This document shows, in pieces, positions 7,898 through 15,743 of a DNA stretch of 32,000 nt. Made by a program: the position numbers and the translations under genes. Within the stretch, counting starts at the first letter, position 1. Each line of letters begins with the position of its first letter. The stretch lies in the NCBI RefSeq assembly GCF_900187275.1, contig NZ_LT906458.1, positions 1,830,001 through 1,862,000 of the forward strand, written 5' to 3'. Source of the DNA: Pasteurella multocida. GTDB lineage: Bacteria > Pseudomonadota > Gammaproteobacteria > Enterobacterales > Pasteurellaceae. A model generated the notes under the pieces. It did no database searches and was not told where the DNA came from. It saw only the letters and a program-made list of their open reading frames with translations.

Positions 7898-8404
7898 TTA
7901 CTCTGACGTCCCGACAGTATGGAATTGACGCGAGAAATAGACTAAGGCGTGCTCTTGTTCTTCATTGACTTGAATTTCTTCAAGCTCCACTAAAAACATC
8001 GAATGCGTGCCAATATCACGAATATCCACAATGGTGCCCGTTAAATTGGCGAGTGCATTCTTAAGACTCGGTGGTGCCACCGGGTCTTGTTTTTCATGCC
8101 AAACAGCCCACTCAAAACGCTCATCCATACAACTGCCCATGAAACCAGCAAAGTGTTGTGCGAGTTCGAGTTGTTCTGCACTCAATACATTGACACAAAG
8201 GCGTTTATTGGTCTGGAAGACCGGATTCATTTCACTGTTTTTGTTAATACATACCATAATCGTTGGCGGTGTATCGGTAACGGAACAAACAGCTGTCGCC
8301 GTAATACCACATTTCCCAGCGATACCATTGGTCGTAATAATATTCACGCCAGCGGCTAATTTTGCCATGGAATTACGAAAGTGTTGTTGAATTGGCGTAA
8401 GCAT
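7898..8404 (-). CDS. hpaC: 4-hydroxyphenylacetate 3-monooxygenase, flavin reductase component HpaC
   Basis: 168 aa. AAGVNIITTNGIAGKCGITATAVCSVTDTPPTIMVCINKNSEMNPVF closely matches the E. coli HpaC sequence as I recall it. RBS AAGGAAAA. Lies 30 bp after hpaB. Confidence 0.9.
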   Translation of the reverse strand: MLTPIQQHFRNSMAKLAAGVNIITTNGIAGKCGITATAVCSVTDTPPTIMVCINKNSEMNPVFQTNKRLCVNVLSAEQLELAQHFAGFMGSCMDERFEWAVWHEKQDPVAPPSLKNALANLTGTIVDIRDIGTHSMFLVELEEIQVNEEQEHALVYFSRQFHTVGTSE

Positions 8405-8434
8405 ATTGATTTTCCTTATGTTTTACAACGTACG

Positions 8435-10033
8435 TTATTTTGAAAAACGGTTGAGGTTATGCAAAATATTAATATCTTCTGAGTTATTCAGATGTGGCAC
8501 TTTCCAACCTTTTTCATCATAGTCAGCCAAGCATTTATCCACTAAATCGAAACAACGCTGTAATGTACCGTTACCGGTGGATTGCCCGAGTACTTGTAAA
8601 CGCACTTCTTCTTGGCTACCGGCGTAGTTGATTTCGTAAAGTTCGTGACGACCACCGAACTCCGTGCCAATGGCATCCCACAGAAGTTTTAAAATTTTGA
8701 TCCGATCACGGTATTCAATATTGTTTGAACCACGCACGTATTTTTCTAAATATTGGTCGATTTCAGGGTTATTGAAATCGCGAATATGTGAAGGCAAATA
8801 AATTAACCCACTTGTTACCGTTTGTTCAATGATTTTTTTCACCGTATGGTAGGCCATTGGTGCCATCACGCGATAGGTTTGGATTGCTTGTGCACTTGGC
8901 ATTTGGCAACCATTTTTCCATTGATAAGAAGATCCCGCCATGGCATCAGTAAGTGTCCAAAAGAGGTTGCGATACATCATCACTTCGCCCATTTGTGCCG
9001 CGACGCCACGGAATTCAATCACGCCGGTACATTGTAATGCTTTATGTAATAAACCTGTAATGAAATCTAATTTCACCGCTAAACGGGTACAGGCTTGCAT
9101 TGGGAAAAGCGTTGCAAAGCCGGCATATTGTGCCCAAGTACGACAACGCTCTAGATCACGATAGATTAAAATGTTTTCCCAAGGAATAAAGACGCTGTCT
9201 AACACCAAAATGGCATCGTTTTCATCGAAACGAGTAGAAAGTGGGAAGTCAAACGGTGAACCGGTCGCGCCTGCGGCAAGTTCATAAGAGTGACGGCAAA
9301 TGAGTTTGACACCTTCTGCATCCATGGGTGCAATAAACATCAAGGCAAAGTCGTCGTTATCACCAATAATTTGTGCGGAACCAAATCCAATAAAGTTATA
9401 GTGAGTTAGTGCTGAGTTAGTCGCCACCACTTTCGCCCCACTGACCACAATCCCATCGGCACGTTCTTCTTCGATTTTCACATAGATATCTTTAACTTGA
9501 TCAATCGGTTTGTTACGGTCAATCGGTGGATTAACGATAGCGTGGTTGAAATAGAGGCAAGATTCTTGGATACGTTTATACCAATTGCGCGCATTATCGG
9601 CGAACTTACCGTAAAATTCTGGATTGGCGCCTAACGCGCTACCAAATGCCGCTTTATAGTCTGGAGTACGCCCCATCCAGCCATAGCTAAAACGTGACCA
9701 AGCTGCGATAGCATCGCGTTGTGCTTTGAGTTCTTCTGCGGTACGGGCATAACGGAAGAATTTATGGGTATAACCACCATTGCCAGTATCTGTTTCCCAA
9801 CACAATTCGTCTTTGGTTGCTGGATCATGTAACGCATCGTAGAGTTTTGCTACAGAGGCGGCGGCATTACGAAATGCAGGGTGGGTTGTCACGTCATCGA
9901 CTAACTCACCATAAATATAGACTTTGCGCCCATCTCTTAAACTTGCTAAATATTCTTCACCGGTGAATGGACGATTTTTTTCTTTACGGTAATCATCCGG
10001 TAATTTGTGCTGTTTTTTTTCTGCTTGCGTCAT
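8435..10033 (-). CDS. hpaB: 4-hydroxyphenylacetate 3-monooxygenase, oxygenase component HpaB
   Basis: 532 aa. RPFTGEEYLASLRDGRKVYIYGELVDDVTTHPAFRNAAASVAKLYDALH...GWMGRTPDYKAAFG...SGAKVVATNSALTHYN is near-colinear with E. coli HpaB (520 aa) as recalled. RBS AAGGAG. Confidence 0.95.
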   Translation of the reverse strand: MTQAEKKQHKLPDDYRKEKNRPFTGEEYLASLRDGRKVYIYGELVDDVTTHPAFRNAAASVAKLYDALHDPATKDELCWETDTGNGGYTHKFFRYARTAEELKAQRDAIAAWSRFSYGWMGRTPDYKAAFGSALGANPEFYGKFADNARNWYKRIQESCLYFNHAIVNPPIDRNKPIDQVKDIYVKIEEERADGIVVSGAKVVATNSALTHYNFIGFGSAQIIGDNDDFALMFIAPMDAEGVKLICRHSYELAAGATGSPFDFPLSTRFDENDAILVLDSVFIPWENILIYRDLERCRTWAQYAGFATLFPMQACTRLAVKLDFITGLLHKALQCTGVIEFRGVAAQMGEVMMYRNLFWTLTDAMAGSSYQWKNGCQMPSAQAIQTYRVMAPMAYHTVKKIIEQTVTSGLIYLPSHIRDFNNPEIDQYLEKYVRGSNNIEYRDRIKILKLLWDAIGTEFGGRHELYEINYAGSQEEVRLQVLGQSTGNGTLQRCFDLVDKCLADYDEKGWKVPHLNNSEDINILHNLNRFSK

Positions 10034-10109
10034 GATTTACTCCTTTTGAATAAATAAGGGTTGAATAGCATTTCGGGCAAAATCGCTGGCATGTTGCGAA
10101 TTTGTTAAA

Positions 10110-10169
10110 TTTATAGTGGATCTCTGCGCAAGAGAAAATGCAATTTTCGTGTCAAAAAATGTACTTTTC
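10110..10169 (-). promoter_or_regulatory. Candidate hpaBC promoter with two 11-bp direct repeats (putative HpaA boxes) and a -10 element
   Basis: Read on the minus strand: GAAAAGTACAT (10169->10159) and GAAAATTGCAT (10148->10138), start-to-start spacing 21 bp. A 22-nt gap follows, then TATAAA (10115->10110). The same box and the same geometry occur at 11212-11271. Confidence 0.55.
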
Positions 10170-10300
10170 CGTATTTAGACGGGAAAAATGAATAAAATGT
10201 GATCTCTATCGCTGTTTTAAGGATCAAAACTATACAGGCGAAAAAGCATAGTTTACATTCAAGCAAGAAGGATAAGGCGGAAGTAAATTGGAGGGAGGTT

Positions 10301-11203
10301 ATGCGAGATCAGTCCTTTGAAACACAAAATATTAATATTGAAAAAACCTATGGTGGACAAGAAAGCAGTAGCATCATCCACTATGAAACCTTTGATAATC
10401 TTGCCTTATTTTATGGACGGAAATCGTTGGTGCATTTTCATGATCGCTTTTATCAAGTGCACTATTTAACTGAAGGAAGCATTGCATTACAGTTAGATGC
10501 ACATGAATATCGCCTGTATGCCCCTTGTTTTTTTATTACTCCGCCTTCTATTCCTCATGGCTTTTACACCGATTTAGATACGCATGGGCACGTTTTAACC
10601 ATTCCACAAGAGTTTGTTTGGCAGTTATTAGAATCGTTAAAACGCGATATCAATTATTTTTATCCCATGTGTATTGAATTATCTCCGCAAGAGGAAGCAC
10701 AGCAAATTTTTAAATTTGAATATTTATTTAATTTATTGGCGGGAGAGTACCGTCAACATACGGACGAAAAACAGACCGCACTGCGTTTAAGTGCGAAATT
10801 AATTTTATTAGAGATTTATCGTTTGTCGAAAAGCAATGAGAAAAAGTACAGTCCGCGTAACAACGAGCTGTATTTATTTAATCAGTTTAACTTCCTCATA
10901 GAAGATAATTTCAAAAATAATTGGCGCATTAATGATTATTTAGATCGCTTATGCATTAGCGAAAGTAAATTAAATGCCATTTGTCAGCATTTCTCAGCTA
11001 CCTCACCAAAACGTCTTATCATTGAGCGCCAAATTCAAGAAGCGAAACGGAAGCTATTATTTACTCAGCATTCGATCTATCAAATCGCCTATGATCTCGG
11101 GTTTAAAGATCCTGCCTATTTCTCGCGTTTTTTCCAAAAAGAAACGCAATTGTCACCAAAAGCATTTCGCGATCAAGATCACATATCTTCGAATCCATCG
11201 TGA
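10301..11203 (+). CDS. hpaA: AraC-family transcriptional activator HpaA
   Basis: 300 aa from the ATG at 10301, preceded by a strong RBS GGAGGGAGG. The ORF-track start at 10199 is a GTG extension with no RBS. N-terminal cupin-like sensor (FHDRFYQVHYLTEGSIALQLDAHEYRLYAPCFFITPPSIPHGF). C-terminal AraC HTH (IAYDLGFKDPAYFSRFFQKETQLSPKAFR). Resembles E. coli W HpaA (296 aa) as recalled. Confidence 0.9.
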   Translation: MRDQSFETQNINIEKTYGGQESSSIIHYETFDNLALFYGRKSLVHFHDRFYQVHYLTEGSIALQLDAHEYRLYAPCFFITPPSIPHGFYTDLDTHGHVLTIPQEFVWQLLESLKRDINYFYPMCIELSPQEEAQQIFKFEYLFNLLAGEYRQHTDEKQTALRLSAKLILLEIYRLSKSNEKKYSPRNNELYLFNQFNFLIEDNFKNNWRINDYLDRLCISESKLNAICQHFSATSPKRLIIERQIQEAKRKLLFTQHSIYQIAYDLGFKDPAYFSRFFQKETQLSPKAFRDQDHISSNPS

Positions 11204-11211
11204 TTTTTTGT

Positions 11212-11271
11212 GAAAAGTACAATTTTTCACCTGAAAAGTACATTTAAAACTCGGTTTAACTCCATTATAAC
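11212..11271 (+). promoter_or_regulatory. Candidate promoter of the TRAP-hpaGEDF-MFS-hpaHI-gabD operon with two 11-bp direct repeats (putative HpaA boxes) and a -10 element
   Basis: GAAAAGTACAA (11212-11222) and GAAAAGTACAT (11233-11243), start-to-start spacing 21 bp. A 22-nt gap follows, then TATAAC (11266-11271). The dctP-like ATG is at 11358. Confidence 0.55.
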
Positions 11272-11357
11272 TGTAACAACCTATTAACAATTTGGTTACA
11301 TTGGACTGCTGTTTGTTCTTAAATGCCTTTTCCCAACGAATGTGAAGGAGACTTTTT

Positions 11358-12380
11358 ATGAAGACACGTCAACTCTTACTCACTTTAACTTTAGCGGCTT
11401 CTGCCTCAGCCATGGCAAATGACAAAGTCGTATTAAAAATAGGTCATTTCTTACCCGCACTTTCAACCATGCACAATGATGTGTTAGTCCCTTGGTGTCA
11501 GGATCTGAATACGGAATCAAAAGGTCGTATCGAATGTCAATTATATCCTTCAAATCAACTCGGTGGGACTGCAGGTCAATTGATTGATCAGGTGCGTAAC
11601 GGGGTGGCGGATATTGTGTGGACTGCACCGGGTTATTCGCCGGGTCGGTTCAAAATCATTGAGGCGTTAGAAACCCCATTCTTATTACCGAATGTACGTG
11701 TGGGCAACAAAGTGGCGTGGGAGTTTTTTGAAAAATACGCCAAAGATACCGAATTTAAGCAATTTAAAGTGCTGTCTATTCAAAGTGATGGAGGGGTGAC
11801 TTTCCATTCGAATAAGCCTTTAAATGAAGTTGAGGATTTAAAAAATAACAAATTACGTACCCCAACGCGTTTAGCCTCCCAAGTGATTCAAGCCTTAGGT
11901 GGTGCAGCGATTTCTATTGCCCCTTCACAAGTGGCTGAAAGTATTTCAAAAGGTGTCGTCGATGGTGCGATGGGGGCGTGGGAAGTAGTGCCACCAACTA
12001 AATTAGATGAAGTGACGAAATATCATGTGATGCCTGCGGCGGGTGAGCCTTTCCCAACCGTAACCGTACTTGCTTTAGTGATGAATCAGAAAAAATACGA
12101 TTCATTACCTGCCGATTTAAAAGCGATTCTTGATAAACATTCTGGTCCCGCTTTACTTGAACGTATTACGGTGGCATGGGAAAAAACCGAAGACAATGCG
12201 CGTAAAAAAGTGCTTGCCAATGGTGGTGTGATTACTGAGTTTGGTCCAAAACATACAGCAAAAATGAAAGCCATGACGGATTCATTAACCAAAGATTGGA
12301 TCGAAAGCATGAAGAAACAAGGTAAAAACGGTCAGCAATTAATTGATGATTTACGTGAAATGGTGAAAAAACACCAATAA
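11358..12380 (+). CDS. TRAP transporter substrate-binding protein (DctP family)
   Basis: 340 aa. Signal peptide MKTRQLLLTLTLAASASAMA. Length and sequence are typical of DctP-type SBPs (e.g. ...LRTPTRLASQVIQALGGAAISI...). RBS AAGGAG. Followed by the small and large TRAP permease genes. Confidence 0.85.
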   Translation: MKTRQLLLTLTLAASASAMANDKVVLKIGHFLPALSTMHNDVLVPWCQDLNTESKGRIECQLYPSNQLGGTAGQLIDQVRNGVADIVWTAPGYSPGRFKIIEALETPFLLPNVRVGNKVAWEFFEKYAKDTEFKQFKVLSIQSDGGVTFHSNKPLNEVEDLKNNKLRTPTRLASQVIQALGGAAISIAPSQVAESISKGVVDGAMGAWEVVPPTKLDEVTKYHVMPAAGEPFPTVTVLALVMNQKKYDSLPADLKAILDKHSGPALLERITVAWEKTEDNARKKVLANGGVITEFGPKHTAKMKAMTDSLTKDWIESMKKQGKNGQQLIDDLREMVKKHQ

Positions 12381-12398
12381 TCTGCGAGGAGACGACCG

Positions 12399-12926
12399 AT
12401 GAGCGGATCAACTCAAGCTGTCATGATGCCAGAAAACGTCAGGAAGAGTGCGATTGGCATGGGGTTATATCAGGTGTCAAAAGGCATGGCGATTGTGGGT
12501 GGGTTTTTATTCATCGCTTTGATCGTGATGTCGTGCTATTCCTTAGTGGGACGTAAATTAGGTAATGGCGGTGTTCTTGGTGATATTGAAATCATGCAAA
12601 TGGGATGTGCGGTCGCCGCCTCCCTTTTCCTCCCGTTTTGTACCCTGATGTCAGAGCACTTAAAAGTGGATTTTTTTACTGCAAAATGTCCGCCTGTATT
12701 ACGCAATAAGATGGATGCACTTGCTGATTTATTGCTTGGTTTGGTGTCCTTTTTATTAGTTTGGCGCATTGCCTTACAAAGTGAGACGTTAAAAGAATAT
12801 GAAGAAGTGACGGCCTTGCTTTCTTTTCCAACATGGATACCCAATGCCGCCATCATGTTGGGTTTTATTGTGATGGGACTGTGTGCTTTTTTCCATTTTT
12901 ATATCCATTTAACTTCAAAGGATTAA
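12399..12926 (+). CDS. TRAP transporter small permease (DctQ family)
   Basis: 175 aa with four predicted hydrophobic helices, positioned between the SBP and large permease genes. RBS GAGGAG. Confidence 0.8.
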   Translation: MSGSTQAVMMPENVRKSAIGMGLYQVSKGMAIVGGFLFIALIVMSCYSLVGRKLGNGGVLGDIEIMQMGCAVAASLFLPFCTLMSEHLKVDFFTAKCPPVLRNKMDALADLLLGLVSFLLVWRIALQSETLKEYEEVTALLSFPTWIPNAAIMLGFIVMGLCAFFHFYIHLTSKD

Positions 12927-12930
12927 GCTT

Positions 12931-14259
12931 ATGATGAGTGGCTTAGAAATGGGTATTGTGGGTTTTTTTATCTTACTGACCCTCTTATTAATTCGAATTC
13001 ATATTAGTATCGCGATGTTTTTAGCGGCAGCTGGGTTGTACGCCTATTTAGGTCAAGGGGATCTGAATGCCTTGATGTACACCTTAAACGGTTTAGCCTA
13101 TGCGCGTTTGTCTAATTACGACTTAGCGGTTGTTCCTTTATTTATCTTTATGGGACAACTTGCTTCACATGGTGGGATGTCGAAAGCCTTATTCCAAGCA
13201 GCGAGTAGCTTTATTGGTCACTGGCGAGGTGGTCTCGCTATGGCTTCTGTTGGCAGTTGTGCCGCTTTTGGGGCGATTTGTGGTTCATCTTTAGCTACCG
13301 CAGCAACCATGGGACAAGTTGCTATTCCCGAATTGAAAAAACGCCGTTATTCCGGTGAATTAAGTACAGCAACTTTAGCTGCGGGCGGCACACTCGGGAT
13401 TTTAATTCCACCTTCCGTACCGCTTATTATTTATGCGGTACTAACACAAGAATCCATTGGGAAACTGTTCGTGGCGGCGATTATCCCGGGAATTTTAGCG
13501 CTGTTAGGCTATGTGTTTGTGATCAAGGTGTTAGTCAGTTTACACCCTGAGGCTGGTCCAACGTCGGAAAAAGTCCCCTTTTTACAAGCCTTAAAATCAC
13601 AAGTCAAAGTATTACCAATTTTCATCGTGTTTGCGGTGGTGATTATCAGTATTTATGGTGGCTGGGCAAATCCAACTGAAGCCGCCTCTATTGGCGCTGC
13701 CTCTTGTGGCATTATTTCTTGGCTTTCTGGTGGGTTAACTTGGAAAGGGTTAGTTGACAGTATCTTACAGACCGCCATGGCAAGTGCGATGATTTTTATG
13801 GTGTTGATCGGCGCGGATTTATTGAACTCTGCGTTAGCCCTTACTCAGATGCCAGCCCAATTGGCAAATTGGGTGGTTGAACAGCAATATGCGCCGTTGT
13901 TGGTGTTGTTTTGTATCTTAATGATCTATTTAGTTTTGGGTTGTGTCATGGACTCCCTTGCCATGATCTTGTTAACCATTCCGATTTTTTATCCGATTAT
14001 TCTCGGTTTAGATTTCTGGGGGCTGTCAGCACAAGATAAAACCATTTGGTTTGGCATTGTGGCATTGATGGTGGTGGAAATTGGCTTAATCACCCCACCT
14101 GTCGGCATGAACTTATTTATTATCAATAAGATGGATAAAGACACCCCATTATTAGCTACATCAAAATGGGTGCTGCCATTTATTGCCTCTGATCTTATTC
14201 GTATTGCTGTGATTGCCTGTGTTCCGGGCATTGCGCTGTGGCTCGTCCATTTATTTTAA
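12931..14259 (+). CDS. TRAP transporter large permease (DctM family)
   Basis: 442 aa, polytopic membrane protein of typical DctM length and composition. Starts 4 bp after the dctQ-like stop. Confidence 0.85.
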   Translation: MMSGLEMGIVGFFILLTLLLIRIHISIAMFLAAAGLYAYLGQGDLNALMYTLNGLAYARLSNYDLAVVPLFIFMGQLASHGGMSKALFQAASSFIGHWRGGLAMASVGSCAAFGAICGSSLATAATMGQVAIPELKKRRYSGELSTATLAAGGTLGILIPPSVPLIIYAVLTQESIGKLFVAAIIPGILALLGYVFVIKVLVSLHPEAGPTSEKVPFLQALKSQVKVLPIFIVFAVVIISIYGGWANPTEAASIGAASCGIISWLSGGLTWKGLVDSILQTAMASAMIFMVLIGADLLNSALALTQMPAQLANWVVEQQYAPLLVLFCILMIYLVLGCVMDSLAMILLTIPIFYPIILGLDFWGLSAQDKTIWFGIVALMVVEIGLITPPVGMNLFIINKMDKDTPLLATSKWVLPFIASDLIRIAVIACVPGIALWLVHLF

Positions 14260-14270
14260 GTGAGGAAATT

Positions 14271-14945
14271 ATGTCTGTCTCTTTAGCTAAACAGATTACC
14301 CAACTCAATACTGCGCATAAACCTACGGTGTTTGTCATTGCGTTGAACTCAACCCAATTATTGCAACGTTGCCAAGCTCAGTTTGAACAAGCGCCTTATC
14401 AAGCGCTACCGAAAACCCCAGTTATCTATGTGTTGCCGGAAGCGACACATAATCGCAGTGGGGCGAACGTGTCGCTCCCTGCGGGGAAAAAACAGCTCAG
14501 AATTGAACCGCACTTGGCGGTAGTGTTTGGTCGAGATACCTCACGAGTTTGTGTGGAACAGGCGATGCACTACGTATCCGGGTATTTGCCGGTAGCACTG
14601 TATTCTTTACCCCATGACAGCTATTACCGTCCCGATATTGAGGGGCGTTGCCAAGAGGGCTTCTGTGTTTTAGGGCAAGAAGTGTTAAAAAGTGCGGTGA
14701 AAAATCCCACAGAATTGACGGTGAATGTTGCGATTAATGGTGCGGTGAAAAAGCACTATGTGCATTTAGCCATGAAACATTCGATTCCTGAGTTGATCAG
14801 TTTTTTAAGTCAATTTATTGCTTTTAAAGCGGGCGATATTTTGCTGACCGGCACAGAGGATATGCCACTCCTTGTGGGCGCTGGCGATCAGGTATCCGTT
14901 GAGTTTGCTCAACTGGGTTGTTTAACCAATACGGTAACTGAATGA
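14271..14945 (+). CDS. hpaG: FAH-family enzyme corresponding to the N-terminal half of HpaG (OPET decarboxylase / HHDD isomerase)
   Basis: 224 aa from the ATG at 14271 (RBS GAGGA). The ORF-track GTG start at 14238 overlaps the dctM-like gene. FAH-fold C-terminal pattern ...FKAGDILLTGTEDMPLLVGAGDQVSVEFAQLGCLTNTV. Followed 13 bp later by a second FAH-family ORF. Confidence 0.75.
   Translation: MSVSLAKQITQLNTAHKPTVFVIALNSTQLLQRCQAQFEQAPYQALPKTPVIYVLPEATHNRSGANVSLPAGKKQLRIEPHLAVVFGRDTSRVCVEQAMHYVSGYLPVALYSLPHDSYYRPDIEGRCQEGFCVLGQEVLKSAVKNPTELTVNVAINGAVKKHYVHLAMKHSIPELISFLSQFIAFKAGDILLTGTEDMPLLVGAGDQVSVEFAQLGCLTNTVTE
14690..14698 (+). repeat. USS core AAGTGCGGT
   Basis: Exact 9-mer, inside the first hpaG-like ORF. 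Confidence 0.9.
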
Positions 14946-14958
14946 GGTAAGCAGGATT

Positions 14959-15723
14959 ATGAGTAAATATGCAAAAGTGATGTATCAAAATCAAATCCAT
15001 AGCGTAGAAGTGCGACCAAATGGCTTGTTAACCGATCAACAACAATTATTGCCGAGTGAAGCGGTAACTTGGTTACCACCAGCCAGTGGCATGATGTATG
15101 CCTTAGGCTTGAATTACGCCGATCACGCCTCTGAATTAGATTTTAAGCCACCTGAAAAGCCCCTTGTGTTTGTGAAAACCCATCACACTTACACCGGTCA
15201 CAACAGCACCACGTGGCGCCCTGATAATGTGGACTATATGCATTATGAATGTGAGCTGGTAGTGGTGATTGGTAAAACAGCAAAAAATGTAAAACGGGAT
15301 GAGGCGATGGATTATGTGGCGGGTTATACCCTGTGTAATGATTATGCGATTCGTGATTATTTGGAGAACTATTATCGCCCAAATTTACGCGTGAAAAATC
15401 GTGTGGGCACGACCCCTGTTGGTCCTTGGATTGTGGATAAAGCAGATGTGAAAGATCCGATGAACTTAACTTTAAGAACATGGGTCAATGGCGAGTTGTG
15501 TCAAGAAGGGAATACCAAAGACATGATCTTTGATATTGCGTACCTCATTGAACACCTCTCCCATATTACTACATTACAACCGGGCGATATGATCGCCACA
15601 GGCACACCAAAAGGGTTAGCGGATGTGAAACCGGGTGATTGCGTAGAAATTGAAATTGAGCAAATTGGCAAATTGACGAACTACATTGTGAGTGAAACGG
15701 CCTTTTTTGCGCAAAACGTATAA
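14959..15723 (+). CDS. hpaG: FAH-family enzyme corresponding to the C-terminal half of HpaG (OPET decarboxylase / HHDD isomerase)
   Basis: 254 aa. FAH metal-site-like motif YECELVVVIGK...NDYAIRD. C-terminus LQPGDMIATGTPKGLADVKPGDCVEIEIEQIGKLTN. Confidence 0.8.
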   Translation: MSKYAKVMYQNQIHSVEVRPNGLLTDQQQLLPSEAVTWLPPASGMMYALGLNYADHASELDFKPPEKPLVFVKTHHTYTGHNSTTWRPDNVDYMHYECELVVVIGKTAKNVKRDEAMDYVAGYTLCNDYAIRDYLENYYRPNLRVKNRVGTTPVGPWIVDKADVKDPMNLTLRTWVNGELCQEGNTKDMIFDIAYLIEHLSHITTLQPGDMIATGTPKGLADVKPGDCVEIEIEQIGKLTNYIVSETAFFAQNV

Positions 15724-15743
15724 ATATAAAAGGAGACAACCTT

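Noticed and set aside
10013-10020. T8 (A8 on the coding strand) homopolymer at codons 5-7 of hpaB as a possible phase-variation tract.
   Set aside because: It is short for a contingency tract, encodes an ordinary Lys-Lys stretch, and there is no reason to expect phase variation of a catabolic enzyme.
10199-10300. Longer N-terminal extensions offered by the ORF track. Examples are hpaA from GTG 10199, hpaG-N from GTG 14238, hpaI from TTG 20582, gabD from TTG 21416, cysQ from TTG 28589, SLP-2 from 4596, the OMP from 25630 and nudE from GTG 26328.
   Set aside because: In each case an internal ATG with a good Shine-Dalgarno sequence gives an N-terminus matching known homologues or a proper signal peptide. 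The extensions overlap upstream genes or lack an RBS.
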